IMG/VR virus record: IMGVR_UViG_3300042559_001930
Strand: one strand, 5' to 3'
Length of the DNA stretch: 64,000 nucleotides
Source: an uncultured virus (IMG/VR IMGVR_UViG_3300042559_001930)
Lineage: Duplodnaviria; Heunggongvirae; Uroviricota; Caudoviricetes
Shown: positions 62,914-64,000 of the stretch, one piece after another
Position numbering within the stretch: position 1 is the first letter of the stretch
How the letters are laid out: the number at the start of each line of letters is the position of its first letter
The notes under the pieces: generated by a model
What the model was told of the DNA's origin: nothing
What the model saw: the letters and a program-made list of their open reading frames with translations, nothing else
Database searches by the model: none
Made by a program: the position numbers and the translations under genes

Positions 62914-63117
62914 ATGTCTGACAGCTTGCGCATCCCAGACTCAATTGATCTTCAACGACTCCAAGCTATGCAGCTTGTAGCCAAGATGAAAGAATCAGCT
63001 GACAAACATGGTATTGGTTTCATCGGGGGCTTTGTTGCCCCCGATGGACAAAAGTTCATCATGACAAATATGGATGATGATGACACTCAAGCACTCCTAC
63101 CTGACAACCTGAAATGA
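62914..63117 (+). CDS. Early hypothetical protein
   Basis: Operon member. Confidence 0.65.
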   Translation: MSDSLRIPDSIDLQRLQAMQLVAKMKESADKHGIGFIGGFVAPDGQKFIMTNMDDDDTQALLPDNLK

Positions 63118-63413
63118 ACACGACTCACAAATTGATGATCGACGGAATCATTGATACCTTCAACTTTGAAAAAGTTCATGTTGCCATGACAGTACTTGAC
63201 TGGCAATGGGCATCAAGAGAAGGTAGGGGTTATGCAGTACCAACAATTGCAGAACTCAAAGCAAAGGCCTATTACTTACTACAAGAATCCATTACAGAAA
63301 CATGTGTTTCATCTGGTGGATTTGAAGCTAAGTATCAGCCTGCAGACAATAGCGATTCGGAGTATTTCGAATTGAAATTCATTCTTTGCCACGAGGATTC
63401 CTACGATGACTGA
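63114..63413 (+). CDS. Phage hypothetical protein
   Basis: FNFEKVH..M..LDWQW...VPT...SSGGF. Confidence 0.7.
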   Translation: MNTTHKLMIDGIIDTFNFEKVHVAMTVLDWQWASREGRGYAVPTIAELKAKAYYLLQESITETCVSSGGFEAKYQPADNSDSEYFELKFILCHEDSYDD

Positions 63414-63603
63414 CAAGTCACCTATCAACTTTGACAAGACAATTGCTGGATTCAATGTCACTGAACATGGAATCAAATCGTTTACTAAGTCGATTAAACT
63501 TGGGCCATTCCGGGTAACACTTAACGCTAGAGAATCTGGTGTACGTGGATCTATCTCATTACCTGGCACAGGCTTGAGTAAACGCAACATCAAGTTGTTC
63601 TGA
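63406..63603 (+). CDS. DUF4236-like protein
   Basis: KSIKLGPFRVTLN...SLPGTGLS. Confidence 0.65.
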   Translation: MTDKSPINFDKTIAGFNVTEHGIKSFTKSIKLGPFRVTLNARESGVRGSISLPGTGLSKRNIKLF

Positions 63604-63608
63604 TCCAA

Positions 63609-63636
63609 GGACCTGGGATGTCCTTAAACTCATCCA
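63609..63636 (+). promoter_or_regulatory. Leader pseudoknot element, family PK copy 4
   Basis: GGAC-CTGGGAT-GTCC-TTAAAC-TCATCCA. Confidence 0.55.
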
Positions 63637-63656
63637 CTCCACCTCAACATAATCTC

Positions 63657-63848
63657 ATGAACAGCACTGAACTACACGCCATGATTGCCCGCATGGACAG
63701 CTATGGCGGATCATTCGTCTCATCTATTGCACAAGCATTGCGCTTTGCTGATCCAACGAATCGGCAGCGTTTGCTTGATGCATTCCCTGACCTCGTCCAA
63801 CAGTATGGACCTGAAGGCCGGTTTGCCAAAGCCAAGCAACTCACATAG
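63657..63848 (+). CDS. Small phage protein
   Basis: YGGSFV..IA.A...AD..N..RL..AFP. Confidence 0.7.
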   Translation: MNSTELHAMIARMDSYGGSFVSSIAQALRFADPTNRQRLLDAFPDLVQQYGPEGRFAKAKQLT

Positions 63849-63857
63849 GTGTAACTC

Positions 63858-64000
63858 ATGATTGTTTTGTTAATCGAAGACACATTCATTGATGGCAACG
63901 ATGTCACAGTTACAGCAGTGGTTGACGACATGCGTCTCATCCATCGGTCAACTTACCTTGACCCTGAAGAATATGCTCCTGCGTTATGCAGGGCTAGCTT
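63858..64000 (+). CDS. Hypothetical protein (3'-truncated)
   Basis: Open from ATG 63858 to the window end. Confidence 0.55.
   Translation, partial: MIVLLIEDTFIDGNDVTVTAVVDDMRLIHRSTYLDPEEYAPALCRAS

Noticed and set aside
58252..63636. Intergenic repeats read as a CRISPR array or integron attC sites
   Set aside because: They are separated by whole genes, conserve structure rather than sequence, lack attC core sites, and no integrase is in the window
1..64000. Alternative genetic code or stop-codon reassignment
   Set aside because: Conserved genes (terL, MCP, primase, dcd, speD) are intact in the standard code and all three stop codons terminate genes

Overview
This window is 64 kb of a tailed dsDNA bacteriophage genome, most likely a cyanophage. 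The host call rests on an NblA-like gene, a hidden CP12-like gene and cyanophage-type endolysin and fibre motifs; the gene content recalls S-EIV1-like freshwater Synechococcus phages, from memory and not tested. Layout: (i) 1-8 kb has Dps, an HNH nuclease, a dense non-coding RNA locus with degenerate tRNA-like elements, small basic proteins and a dideoxy-sugar/glycosyltransferase cassette. (ii) 8-17 kb on + has a PD-(D/E)XK exonuclease, primase-helicase, speD, a GT4, a candidate origin, HNH-like genes and a mini-CP12. (iii) 17-25 kb on - has an endolysin, glycosyltransferases, an FkbM methyltransferase and a repetitive tail fibre. (iv) 25-29 kb on + has an HTH protein, a degenerate adenine methyltransferase, dcd and DUF3310. 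(v) 29-57 kb on - is the late module: NblA, lysozyme, virion proteins, an SLT, a circularly permuted M23 peptidase, major capsid, a scaffold overprinted by the portal C-terminus, terminase and many Gly/Ala-rich proteins. (vi) 58-64 kb on + holds small, probably early, genes separated by three families of repeated structured RNA elements with compensatory base changes: a leader pseudoknot, an anticodon-less tRNA-elbow mimic and a bistable UNCG hairpin. These RNA elements and the 3.5-4.0 kb ncRNA locus are the best candidates for an undescribed system. All family assignments come from recognising motifs by eye; no database searches were run.
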